From Gemmatimonas sp. (GTDB lineage: Bacteria > Gemmatimonadota > Gemmatimonadetes > Gemmatimonadales > Gemmatimonadaceae): DNA of 64,000 bases. Position 1 is the first letter of the stretch. Every line of letters starts with the position of its first letter. Shown here piece by piece: positions 1 through 8,762 of this stretch. The stretch lies in NCBI GenBank assembly GCA_965279375.1, contig OZ257156.1:2816001-2880000 (forward strand), read 5' to 3'. A model generated the notes under the pieces. It was not told the DNA's origin. It ran no database searches and saw nothing but the letters and a program-made list of their open reading frames with translations. The position numbers were made by a program, and so were the translations under genes.

Positions 1-838
1 CAAGGACGAAGACGAGGCCACCGGTGCCGCCTGGGATTCGCCCTGGGGCCGCGGGCGCCCCGGCTGGCACCTCGAGTGCTCGGCGATGGCGATGAAGTAT
101 CTGGGCGAGACGTTCGACCTACATGCCGGTGGAATCGACTTGATCTTCCCGCATCACGAGGACGAGATCGCGCAGTCCGAAGCGGCGACCGGGAAGACCT
201 TCGCGCGTTGCTGGTGCCACGGAGAGTTCCTGCTGACCGACGGCGCCAAGATGGCCAAACGTGTCGGCAACGTCGCCAACGTGGTGGAACTGCGTGAGCA
301 GGGGATTTCCGGCACCGCCTATCGTCACTTCGTGTTCAACGCGCACTATCGCAAGCAGCTCAACTTGGGCGAAGACTCGCTTGAGCAGTCGCGCGCGGCC
401 GTGCGTCGCATCGGGACGTTTGCGGAGCGGCTCGGGCAGGCCACCGGCGGTAACGCCGCACTCGCCGACGCGGCGACACGCGCTGAGCAGGCGTTTCTGG
501 CGGCGTTGTTCGACGACCTGAACGCACCCGAGGCGATGGCGGCGCTGTTCACGTTCATTACCGAGGCCAACCGTGAGTTGGACGCCGGAGGAACGGATCA
601 CGCCGCGCTGGAGCGCGCGCGCGCCGCATTCCGCCTGATGGATGGCGTGCTCGACCTCGTGCCGGAGCAGGAGACGGACGAAGCGCTGGCGATGTGGGTG
701 GAAGAGCGTCTCGAGGCGCGCCGTGCGGCCCGGGCGCGGCGTGACTTTGCCGCGGCCGACGCCGTCCGTGATGAACTGGTGGCCCGCGGCGTGACGATCG
801 AGGACTCCGCACAGGGAACGCGCTGGCGCCGCGCTTGA
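1..838 (+). CDS. cysS: Cysteinyl-tRNA synthetase, 3' part (runs off window start)
   Basis: Frame open from position 2: WDSPWGRGRPGWHLECSAM, DLHAGGIDLIFPHHEDEIAQS, KMSKS-like KMAKR, DDLNAPEA, C-terminal ADAVRDEL anticodon domain. Confidence 0.97.
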   Translation, partial: KDEDEATGAAWDSPWGRGRPGWHLECSAMAMKYLGETFDLHAGGIDLIFPHHEDEIAQSEAATGKTFARCWCHGEFLLTDGAKMAKRVGNVANVVELREQGISGTAYRHFVFNAHYRKQLNLGEDSLEQSRAAVRRIGTFAERLGQATGGNAALADAATRAEQAFLAALFDDLNAPEAMAALFTFITEANRELDAGGTDHAALERARAAFRLMDGVLDLVPEQETDEALAMWVEERLEARRAARARRDFAAADAVRDELVARGVTIEDSAQGTRWRRA

Positions 839-863
839 TTCCGCTCGTGGCTGGGTTTAATCT
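835..863 (+). promoter_or_regulatory. Putative sigma70 promoter of the tRNA cluster
   Basis: TTGATT-17 nt-TAATCT overlapping the cysS stop, about 35 nt before tRNA-Thr. Confidence 0.55.
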
Positions 864-898
864 GCGGGTCTGTCCGGGGCGAGCTTTTCCGTCGCCTT

Positions 899-971
899 GC
901 TGACGTAGCTCAGTTGGTAGAGCAGCTGATTTGTAATCAGCAGGTCGTCGGTTCAATCCCGACCGTCAGCT
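899..971 (+). tRNA. tRNA-Thr(TGT)
   Basis: Cloverleaf GCTGACG...CGTCAGC-T, D arm AGCTCAGTTGGTAGAGC, anticodon loop TT-TGT-AA, GGTTCAATCC T arm; CCA not encoded. Confidence 0.97.
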
Positions 972-1019
972 CTTCCAGGCCTGGTTGTGGCACTGGCGAC
1001 GGTGTCGCGGCTGGAGATT

Positions 1020-1102
1020 GGTGGGATACTCAAGTGGCCAACGAGATCAGACTGTAAATCTGACGGCTAACGCCTTCGAAGGTTCGAATCCTTCTCCCAC
1101 CA
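1020..1102 (+). tRNA. tRNA-Tyr(GTA)
   Basis: GGTGGGA...TCCCACC-A acceptor, CT-GTA-AA loop, long variable arm, GGTTCGAATCC. Confidence 0.97.
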
Positions 1103-1129
1103 CTGCAGGTGTTCGTTGTTGTGTACCAC

Positions 1130-1202
1130 GCGGGAGTAGCTCAGTTGGTAGAGCGCTAGCCTTCCAAGCTTGATGTCGCGGGTTCGAGCCCCGTCTCCCG
1201 CT
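1130..1202 (+). tRNA. tRNA-Gly(TCC)
   Basis: GCGGGAG...CTCCCGC-T acceptor, CT-TCC-AA loop, GGTTCGAGCCC. Confidence 0.97.
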
Positions 1203-1218
1203 CTCGAATGCACAAATC

Positions 1219-1250
1219 AAAAGCCGGCCTCGTAAGTGGGGCCGGCTTTT
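1219..1250. terminator. Bidirectional intrinsic terminator after tRNA-Gly
   Basis: AAAAGCCGGCCTC-GTAAGT-GGGGCCGGCTTTT hairpin flanked by A and T tracts. Confidence 0.85.
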
Positions 1251-1323
1251 GCGTGTCGAGATCGAAGGCGGTTCCCGTCGCCAGCCCGCGGGACTCAAGG
1301 CTTCAGGCCCGGCCTCGCCGCGG

Positions 1324-1881
1324 TTACCGCTTCTCGCTGCGTAGCTCGCCGGGCGGATTCCTGCGCTTCATCATCGCTTCGTGCATCGCTGCCATCCCGC
1401 GATTCACCAGGTCGGTTACCTCGGCCGCATGAGCTTGCAGCAGCGCCACCGTCGCTGAGTCGGTGGATGTCTCCGTCAGTTCGACGCCCTTCTCGGTCAC
1501 GACCGTCTGGCGCACGATGCGAAGTCCATTGCTGAGCACGCCGTGCAGCGCCGGCGTGGACATCGGCAGGTTCGGGTCGACGCCCTTCGTCACGAACGCA
1601 CCAGTCGACGCCACGTGCTCCTTGATCTGCCGAGCCATCGCTGGATCGTCTGATTCGGTGACGGTGCGAATGCCGTCGGGCAGGTTCACGACGGTGCGTC
1701 GCAGTTTGTCGTGGTTCATGACCAGTTCGTGGACGACGCGCATGATGTCTGCCGACGTCGAGTCACCGCGTCCGCGCATCATCATCCCGCCGCCCATCAT
1801 GCCGCCCTGCGCGGAGAGCGGAGCCGCCCACGTCGCTGCGAAGAGGGAGGCTGCGAAGACTGCCTTTATTAGATGTCGCAT
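1324..1881 (-). CDS. Exported Met/His-rich hypothetical protein
   Basis: Signal peptide MRHLIKAVFAASLFAATWAAPLSA-Q, then GGMMGGGMMM; internally duplicated motif (GIRTVTESDDP...KEHVA / GVELTETSTDS...QAHAA). Confidence 0.75.
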   Translation of the reverse strand: MRHLIKAVFAASLFAATWAAPLSAQGGMMGGGMMMRGRGDSTSADIMRVVHELVMNHDKLRRTVVNLPDGIRTVTESDDPAMARQIKEHVASTGAFVTKGVDPNLPMSTPALHGVLSNGLRIVRQTVVTEKGVELTETSTDSATVALLQAHAAEVTDLVNRGMAAMHEAMMKRRNPPGELRSEKR

Positions 1882-2038
1882 GAGCAACTCGCTGATGAGG
1901 AGGGTCGGTCTGACACATCGGGACGACGCGTTGCATACGGCACGCGGCGGCACTTCGAATATCGCGCGCCCCGAACGTGCGAGTGTCAGGTATCCCCCCG
2001 GTCATTTGTGAGGGGTACATCCATTTATGTGCATATAC

Positions 2039-2053
2039 GCAATAATGTATTGC
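2039..2053. promoter_or_regulatory. AT-rich inverted repeat, candidate operator upstream of 1324..1881
   Basis: GCAATA-ATG-TATTGC perfect palindrome inside an AT-rich patch in GC-rich DNA. Confidence 0.4.
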
Positions 2054-2210
2054 ACGCCGAGGCGCGGGAGCTCGGGTGCTCGGCAGATTGGGCATGTCAC
2101 GCACACGGTCACATCGCGAAGGCCATGGACCTGGGACCCCAGTCACGACAGCGCCCACCCGCGCTGATCTGCGGATGGGCGCGGCGCGGGCTGCTGCCGG
2201 CCTGCTGGCG

Positions 2211-3191
2211 CTAGAAGCGCACCGACACCGCGATCCCGGTGCCGCCGGTCCGTCCAACTGGAAGGATGGGCGACACGCTGGCGTCCGGCGCCGCGCGTCG
2301 CGGCTGACCGGCGGCCTCGCTCTCTCGCTTGGCCGCCAGATACTGCGACCGATGCATCAGCGACCGCGTGGATAGTGCGATGCCAAGACCGCCCACGGCC
2401 ACGCCGGCCGTCGCAATTCCGCGCACGACGTTGTTGTTGTCCCGGCCGGACACAAAACGCGCGTTGAAGGCACCCGCGAGTACGCCGGCTGAAATGCCGA
2501 TAATCGAACCGGCTCGACTGTGCCCATTCGCATTGCCCCACGCGTTCCACGTCGCAGTGCTCGCGGAGGCGAGCATCGAGAGCGGCGCGGCCAGCGCCAG
2601 CGCTGCCTCCTGCCGCTGTTGGGTGGGCGTCATCACGTACGGCACCTGGATGCGCGCGGCCTCTGCCAGCGAGAGTCCATGGTCGCTCAGCCACGCGGTG
2701 AACTCGGAGTCTCCCGCCAGCGCCGACACCCACACGTTGTTGTTCGTACGCGCCACGCGATCCACCAGCGCGCGATGTCCGGTGGATTCGAGCAGAAACG
2801 CCACCGCGCACAACGTGCCTGTCTTGCGATCCACGAAGTACGGCGTGGCCGCCTCCGCAAAATCGTAGTTGTGCGGGAAGACGCCACGCACATTGTAACC
2901 GGTCAGCGTGCGGACCAGTGCGGCGCGTGCCGCACGTTCCTCCACACTCAGCGACGAGAGATCGCGTGCGTCGAGTTCGGTGAGCACGCTGTCGAAGTGC
3001 GCATGGATGCGTGAACGTTCCGCCTGTTCTGCGGTGCGCTCGTACCACGTCGTCTTCTTCGCCAAAAGCGCGAGCGTGCCGCGCGAGGTCGTCTCCTCCG
3101 ACGTCGTCGACAGAATGCTGCTCGCGATCAACAGCGCGAGCGCGGACGCGAGCCCGGCAATGGCAACGGCGTTCCAACGATTGAGTAGCAT
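2211..3191 (-). CDS. Hypothetical membrane/exported protein
   Basis: N-terminal hydrophobic helix; globular core GVFPHN..PYFVD..GTLCAVAFLL..EAARIQ; C-terminal hydrophobic helices ending ...AVSVRF. Confidence 0.7.
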   Translation of the reverse strand: MLLNRWNAVAIAGLASALALLIASSILSTTSEETTSRGTLALLAKKTTWYERTAEQAERSRIHAHFDSVLTELDARDLSSLSVEERAARAALVRTLTGYNVRGVFPHNYDFAEAATPYFVDRKTGTLCAVAFLLESTGHRALVDRVARTNNNVWVSALAGDSEFTAWLSDHGLSLAEAARIQVPYVMTPTQQRQEAALALAAPLSMLASASTATWNAWGNANGHSRAGSIIGISAGVLAGAFNARFVSGRDNNNVVRGIATAGVAVGGLGIALSTRSLMHRSQYLAAKRESEAAGQPRRAAPDASVSPILPVGRTGGTGIAVSVRF

Positions 3192-3308
3192 GCGACTCTC
3201 CGTGGGTAGGTGACAGGAGCATCAGTGCACTCAGGGGCAACAGTGCGCATGAGACCACGGTCACACTACCCTGTCACCGGCCGCGCCGTCACCGAATGGT
3301 TCGGCCCG

Positions 3309-5084
3309 TCAGCGTTTCGGCTTGACGCCCGTGATCCCCCACTCGAGCCGGTCCAGCATCGCGTCCGAGACACCCTTCCGGAAATCCACCCACGTGAACT
3401 GGCGGAGGAACAGCGGCAACGCGGGGTTACCCGCGTCGGGAAGCAGCACGGGAATGACGGCCATCTTGCGGCGCACACACTCATCCAGACAGGCACGCAT
3501 CTCCGGCTCCTCCCATGGACCGATGCCATCAGGTCCGACAATCACGGCCGCCGTACGCGAATTGAGAATCGCCTGCTCGATCGCGGCTTGCCAGCGCTCA
3601 CCTGGGACGAGCTCCCATGCGTCGAGCCAGACGCGCACATTGCGGTCACGCAGCGCTTCCGCCAGTTCGATGACCGCGGGCTTATCCTGCGAGTTGTGCG
3701 ACAGAAACACGTCGAACGGTTCGGCCTTCGCCGCCGCTGTCTCGCTCGGCACCAACTCCGTCCTGGGCAGATGTACGCGCGCCTTTTGCAGGCGAGCACC
3801 GCCCGTGAGCGTAGCCGCAAGCAATCCCACCGCCAGCAGCGGATAGCTGGTGTCGATCCAGAGCAGCCCCACGCGCATCGCGACGGCGGCCGCGACCACA
3901 ATCGCGAGCGCGATCAGCGCCGCGCCAATCCAGAGCGCTCGCACCCCCGCGCCGCGCGCCTGGATCAGCGTCAGCAGATAGCAGATCAGAAAGACCACAC
4001 CCAGAGTCCAGCGAACGTCGACTCGGCGAATGACGAAATTCGACCGGAGTGCATGAGCCGCATAGGCGTGTATCATCACGCCCGATAGTGGGCCGTACGG
4101 CGTATCGAACACATCGCCTGCGCGACTCGAGCCGACGATCACGAAGCGGTCACGCAGGACGCGCACCTGTGCTGAATCGGGAACGCCGGCGATCGTCACC
4201 GGGGGCTTCCGCGGCCCGACGAACTGCGTCAACCCGACGTCCGGAAGCGACGTGCCGGGCGCGAGCAACGCCGCGATGCGATAGCTGAACGAGCGCATCG
4301 ACGCTTGCCCAAGGTGCGACGTGGGCACCATACGTACGCGCAGATCCGCTTCGCGCAGCCCCATCACCGTGCCCTGGCGTTCAATGCGAATGCACTGCGC
4401 CAGCTGGGGCGCGAGTTCGGCGCGACTCACCGCCGACTGCACGGTATCGAGGCCGTACCCGAGCACGACCGGCACTCCCGCTGCTTCGGCGCGCGCCGCC
4501 TGAAAGCAGAAGATGCGATCGATCGCTGACGGCGCCGTGAGCAGCAGGTCGAACGCGATCCCCTTCGCGCCGTTGTCGGCGGCCATTGCGATGAGGTTGG
4601 CCTCCGTCATGCGCGCGTCGTTCACGCTCTGACCACCGAACGAGGGCAGCGTGATGACCACGATGTCGCTGGCATCCGGCGCTTGCGGGGCAAATCGATA
4701 GTGCCAGTCCCCGAGTCGATTGAGACCGAGCACGTTGCTCGGCGTCTCGCCCTCGAACCCGTCGAGCGAAGTGCGCCTGCCTTCGAGTACGCGCGTTCCT
4801 GCTGCGAGAGCAAAGAGCACGCAGTACGCGACGAAGAATGGAAGGAAGCCGCCACCCAGAAGCACGCGGCGTTCGCGAACGAGCGGTGCGCCGAGTGCGA
4901 GGACCACCGCGAGGAGCGGGAGCAACACCACGGCGACGACGTACGGCCGATCGGAGAATGAACCGACCGCGCCGACGAGGAAGTACGCGCCGATGAGGAT
5001 CGGGATCGATGCGAGCAGGATCTGCACCTGTTCGCGTCGCAGCGCGCTTCGCGGGCCGCTCCGTGCTTCGCTGTCCAGTGCCAC
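3309..5084 (-). CDS. Membrane CHASE2-domain sensor fused to a C-terminal TIR domain (start uncertain; GTG 5084 chosen)
   Basis: 3 N-terminal TMs; CHASE2 motifs DIVVI, GAKGIAFDLLL, PVVLG, VIVGS..GDVFDTPYGPLSGVMIHA; 3 TMs; TIR FDVFLSHNSQDK..VWLD.W..PGE.W..WEEPE..IPVLLP..LFLRQFTWVDF. Confidence 0.85.
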   Translation of the reverse strand: MALDSEARSGPRSALRREQVQILLASIPILIGAYFLVGAVGSFSDRPYVVAVVLLPLLAVVLALGAPLVRERRVLLGGGFLPFFVAYCVLFALAAGTRVLEGRRTSLDGFEGETPSNVLGLNRLGDWHYRFAPQAPDASDIVVITLPSFGGQSVNDARMTEANLIAMAADNGAKGIAFDLLLTAPSAIDRIFCFQAARAEAAGVPVVLGYGLDTVQSAVSRAELAPQLAQCIRIERQGTVMGLREADLRVRMVPTSHLGQASMRSFSYRIAALLAPGTSLPDVGLTQFVGPRKPPVTIAGVPDSAQVRVLRDRFVIVGSSRAGDVFDTPYGPLSGVMIHAYAAHALRSNFVIRRVDVRWTLGVVFLICYLLTLIQARGAGVRALWIGAALIALAIVVAAAVAMRVGLLWIDTSYPLLAVGLLAATLTGGARLQKARVHLPRTELVPSETAAAKAEPFDVFLSHNSQDKPAVIELAEALRDRNVRVWLDAWELVPGERWQAAIEQAILNSRTAAVIVGPDGIGPWEEPEMRACLDECVRRKMAVIPVLLPDAGNPALPLFLRQFTWVDFRKGVSDAMLDRLEWGITGVKPKR

Positions 5085-5112
5085 CGCGAATCGACTCTGG
5101 TTCAGGTGTGAC

Positions 5113-6525
5113 TCACGGCGTGCGCGCGACGATCGCCTGCATCGCCGCCACTTCAGTCGCGGTGAGCTTGTGGTCCGTCGCGTTCTTCGCGATGGCGCGC
5201 TCGGCATTCGTCTTCTGCGAGGCCGCGCTGCGCGAGGCGTATGCGTTGGCCAGATCGAAGTGATCGCGCGAGGTGGCTGTACCAGCGCTCACGCGCGCCT
5301 CGAGCGCGCGAATCGTTTCGCTGACCACGGACACCGTGCCTGCGCTCATGCTCGCGGACCGCGCGCGGGTGCCCGAAACCGCCGTCGCGCTGGTGGTTGC
5401 TCTGGTAGTCGCGCTGGCCGCAGCGCTCGTCGATGCGCCAGCGCTGGCGGCAGTACTCGGCGATGACAGTGCCGCCGCGGCGGCAGCCGTAGCGCCACTC
5501 GCGGAGGCGCGCTCGGTCACGCTTCCGGCGGCCGTTGCGGAGATGCTTGCACCAGTCGAGGCGGGCTTGCGCGAGTAGACGCGGTCACGCAGCGTGGCGC
5601 TGGATTCGATGAGTGTCGGATCGATGCGATAGCTGCGCAGCGCCGAGTCGGTAGTGACGTTGGCGCGCTTGAGGTTGTAGGCAGCCTGCTCGTCGGACTT
5701 GATCTGGATCTGGCGTTTCGCGAGGTCCACGCGCTTTCGCGTGTCCGTGGGATTAGCCAGCATGTCGTACTGCAGCCGCTTCATCTCGGCGAACGTCGCG
5801 ACGGTGTCGATGTCAGGCTTCGCCGCGCGCGCCGCGTACACATCGAAACGAGCGTTGACCGTCGCAGCGGCGTCGAGCTCTCTCGTTCCAATGACCGTCC
5901 GTGCAGTGGTACCACGCGCCCAGGTCAGGCTGCGTCCCTGCGGCACGGCCTCACCGCTGCGGCGCACGTCCACCACACCTTCAAACACGGCAAGCTGACA
6001 GGCGATCAGCTCGCCCTCGCCGGTAACGTCGACCGAGTACTGCGTGCCTCGCGATGCGAGCGGCACGCCGCCGGCGGTGGTGACCGTCGGCATCTCGGCG
6101 ATGATGTCGCCGCGTCCCGACTTGATGTTCACGTGACAGATCGTGTCCACCGGCACATCGATCACGATCGTGAAGGGCGACTGCATGCGGTAGAGCGTGA
6201 TGCGTTGCCCGCCGCATTGCAGTTCCATCAGCGCCGCCGTTCCGGTCGCGGTGAGCTGATCGCCGGGGCTCAACGTCTGACCGGCGACGGCGTTCGTGTC
6301 GCGTGTGGCACCCAAGCGCCGCAACCGCACGCTGGCCGTGGCGGGGAGCAGCCGGGCGACGCGTGCGATGGCACTGGAGGGAAGTGGCGCCGGTTGCGTT
6401 GTCGCGGGCTGCGCCGAGGTGACGTTCGGCGCGACGGTCAGCGCGAGCACGGCGGTCAGCGCGCGCGCGCGACACGACAGTGTTCGCGTCCGACTGAACA
6501 GACGGTTTGCAATGAATGAGGACAT
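5113..6525 (-). CDS. Exported FecR-domain protein with helical/TPR-like and Ala/Ser/Thr-rich regions
   Basis: Signal-like N-terminus; FecR-like LSPGDQLTATG, ASRGTQYSVDV, LAVFEGVVDV; low-complexity linker; GGAG RBS upstream. Confidence 0.75.
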   Translation of the reverse strand: MSSFIANRLFSRTRTLSCRARALTAVLALTVAPNVTSAQPATTQPAPLPSSAIARVARLLPATASVRLRRLGATRDTNAVAGQTLSPGDQLTATGTAALMELQCGGQRITLYRMQSPFTIVIDVPVDTICHVNIKSGRGDIIAEMPTVTTAGGVPLASRGTQYSVDVTGEGELIACQLAVFEGVVDVRRSGEAVPQGRSLTWARGTTARTVIGTRELDAAATVNARFDVYAARAAKPDIDTVATFAEMKRLQYDMLANPTDTRKRVDLAKRQIQIKSDEQAAYNLKRANVTTDSALRSYRIDPTLIESSATLRDRVYSRKPASTGASISATAAGSVTERASASGATAAAAAALSSPSTAASAGASTSAAASATTRATTSATAVSGTRARSASMSAGTVSVVSETIRALEARVSAGTATSRDHFDLANAYASRSAASQKTNAERAIAKNATDHKLTATEVAAMQAIVARTP

Positions 6526-6693
6526 CACACTGCTCCGTGGTGCGGGGGCATTCCGCGTCGGGTGGGGGAACGCGCGGATGCTATGGGACTGCGCTGCGGA
6601 TCGTCACCCGATGCTGGCTGCGCAGACGTTACTCTCCGGGCACGAACGGCACGAGTGGCCCTCTGGATAGCGAGCAACTCCTTTCGGTGGCGC

Positions 6694-6722
6694 TTGTGTC
6701 GATACTCGAGCAGGACTAGCTT
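6694..6722 (+). promoter_or_regulatory. Putative sigma70 promoter of tRNA-Thr(GGT)
   Basis: TTGTGT-17 nt-TAGCTT followed by a GC-rich discriminator, about 33 nt before the tRNA. Confidence 0.45.
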
Positions 6723-6755
6723 GCCCCTCTGCCCGAAAATCAACTCGGCGGTGCC

Positions 6756-6828
6756 GCACGCATAGCTCAGTCGGTAGAGCACATCCTTGGTAAGGATGAG
6801 GTCACCGGTTCGATCCCGGTTGCGTGCT
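6756..6828 (+). tRNA. tRNA-Thr(GGT)
   Basis: GCACGCA...TGCGTGC-T acceptor, CATCC-TT-GGT-AA-GGATG anticodon arm, GGTTCGATCCC. Confidence 0.96.
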
Positions 6829-6848
6829 TCTCAGTCTTTTGTGGTCGC

Positions 6849-6886
6849 AACCCCGTACCCACCCAGTGGATACGGGGTTTTGCGTT
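6849..6886 (+). terminator. Intrinsic terminator after tRNA-Thr(GGT)
   Basis: AACCCCGTA...TACGGGGTT stem followed by TTGCGTTT. Confidence 0.65.
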
Positions 6887-6895
6887 TCCGTCCTG

Positions 6896-8509
6896 ATGGC
6901 GGGCGAGCGCCCGTCGGAGCGTTGTGATCTCGTGAGCCGTCCGTCGAGAAGTGCAGCGATCATCGGCGCCGGACCCAGTGGACTGGCGGCCGCGCGCTTT
7001 CTTCGCCGCGTCGGCTTCCGGGTGACGCTGTTCGACCGGTCGGACGGCGTTGGAGGCCAGTGGCGGGCGGACGCAGTCTCGAGTGGGATCTGGCCGGGGA
7101 TGCGCACCAACACGAGTCGCATCAACACCGCGTTCAGCGATCTGCCCCATTCATCGGATGCGGCGACGTATCCGACCGCCGAGGAGATGGGCGCGTATCT
7201 GGCGCGCTATGCCGCGCAGTTTGACCTGCTCGAGGGCGCGCGATTCCGGTCGACCGTCACTGAAGTCGAGCCGGAGGCCGGACAGTGGCGCGTGAGTTGG
7301 CGCGATACGACGGGGCACTCGCACGACGATCACTACTCGCACGTGGTCGTGGCGACCGGACGTCACCACCGACCGATCGTTCCGCCGGTGCCAGGACTCG
7401 ACGCGTTCACCGGGAGCGAGGGGGTGTCGCACGCCGCGAGCTATCGCGGCTCCGAGCGCTTCCGAGGCAAACGTGTGCTCGTCGCGGGGCACGGAATCAG
7501 CGCGCTCGAGATTGCGAGCGAGATCGCGATCGGCGGTGCCGCACGCGTCGTCATCGCGGCTCGCCGGCACCGGTATGTGCTGCCGCGACTGATCGACGGC
7601 GTGCCGATGGATCATCGCGTGTACACGCGGGCGGCCGGGCTGGCGTGGGAGACGCTACCCATTGAGCGGAGCAGTGCCGCGCTCAAGGAGCTCGTGCTCG
7701 CGAGCAGCGGCCATCCGTCGGCCTCGGGGGCGCCTGTGCATTCGGAGGACGTGCTCACGGCCGGTTTCACGCACTCTCCGCACTACCTCCGTCTTGTGGC
7801 GAGCGGCCAGATCGTACCGATGCCTTGGATGGGGCGGGTCGAGGGCGACACTGTGGTGATGCAGGACGGCCGCACCGAGGTGGTGGATGCGATCGTGTGC
7901 TGCACCGGGTATGCGCTGGATCTGCCGTTTCTTGGCCCGACGGTCCGGCGTGCGCTCGATCCGGACCTGCTCGACGCGGATCTCCATGAGCACACGTTCC
8001 ACCCCGATCTGCCGGGTTTTGCCTGCCTCGGGCTGTACGAGCAGGGAGGGCCGTATTTGCCGACGCTGGAGCTGCAGGCGCGGTGGGTGGCGTATGTGTG
8101 GGGCGGGGAGTGTGCGGCGCTGGCTGAGGCCGAGTTGGCGGAGGGGGTGCGTCAGGCGCGGGCGCGACGGGGCACAGGCCATGTGGAGCGGGCGCACCTG
8201 ATTGCGCGGCGGTTCGCACGGCTCGCGGGAGTGGAGCCGGCCCCTTGGCAGTGGCCGGATCTGGCGCGGGCGCTGTACTTCGGTCCGCTGTCGCCGGCGT
8301 CGTTCCGGTTGAGCGGCCCGGATGCGATGGCCGAGGCGCCGGCGCGGGTGGTGGCGGACGCGGCCGCGTTCGGATGTGTGGAGGGCGCGACGCTGAGCGC
8401 GGCCGAGTGGGCGCGGCTGCGAGAGTTGGCCGGGACGGGGCCGGAAACGGAAGCGAGCGCGGCGTTCGCGGGCTGGCTCGAGGGGCTCATGGCCGCCTTG
8501 CGTGCTTGA
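6896..8509 (+). CDS. Class B flavin-containing monooxygenase (FMO-like)
   Basis: IIGAGPSG FAD motif, GGQW, FMO motif FTG...HAASYR, second Rossmann VAGHGISA, CTGY; start may be GTG 6932. Confidence 0.9.
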   Translation: MAGERPSERCDLVSRPSRSAAIIGAGPSGLAAARFLRRVGFRVTLFDRSDGVGGQWRADAVSSGIWPGMRTNTSRINTAFSDLPHSSDAATYPTAEEMGAYLARYAAQFDLLEGARFRSTVTEVEPEAGQWRVSWRDTTGHSHDDHYSHVVVATGRHHRPIVPPVPGLDAFTGSEGVSHAASYRGSERFRGKRVLVAGHGISALEIASEIAIGGAARVVIAARRHRYVLPRLIDGVPMDHRVYTRAAGLAWETLPIERSSAALKELVLASSGHPSASGAPVHSEDVLTAGFTHSPHYLRLVASGQIVPMPWMGRVEGDTVVMQDGRTEVVDAIVCCTGYALDLPFLGPTVRRALDPDLLDADLHEHTFHPDLPGFACLGLYEQGGPYLPTLELQARWVAYVWGGECAALAEAELAEGVRQARARRGTGHVERAHLIARRFARLAGVEPAPWQWPDLARALYFGPLSPASFRLSGPDAMAEAPARVVADAAAFGCVEGATLSAAEWARLRELAGTGPETEASAAFAGWLEGLMAALRA

Positions 8510-8526
8510 ACGGGGTGGGCTACGTT
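8498..8526 (+). promoter_or_regulatory. Putative sigma70 promoter of the rpmG-secE-nusG operon
   Basis: TTGCGT-17 nt-TACGTT overlapping the FMO stop. Confidence 0.5.
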
Positions 8527-8762
8527 GCAAGGCTCACCCCACTGCATGCGGTCCCGCAGTTCGGCCACTCGTGGTGCCCTGATTTTCTGGGGCATCCATC
8601 CCGACAACGCTCTACGGTGCAAGCCGTCGGAACGTGCGGGGTTTCGGCCGTTCGGCAGTAGCCGGACCGTCAGGCGGGTTGGGTCACCCAGTTGGGGCAG
8701 CGCGCTCTGCGACCGCAGGCTGCGCACCTGATGTCGGAAGCTGCAGCACGGAGTCGCAAATC

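Noticed and set aside
8510..8762. tRNA-Trp/Sec, SRP RNA, tmRNA or cobalamin riboswitch upstream of rpmG
   Set aside because: No T-arm GTTCRA, no SRP CAGG..GGAA..AGCAG core in the right spacing, and riboswitch-like words are in the wrong order
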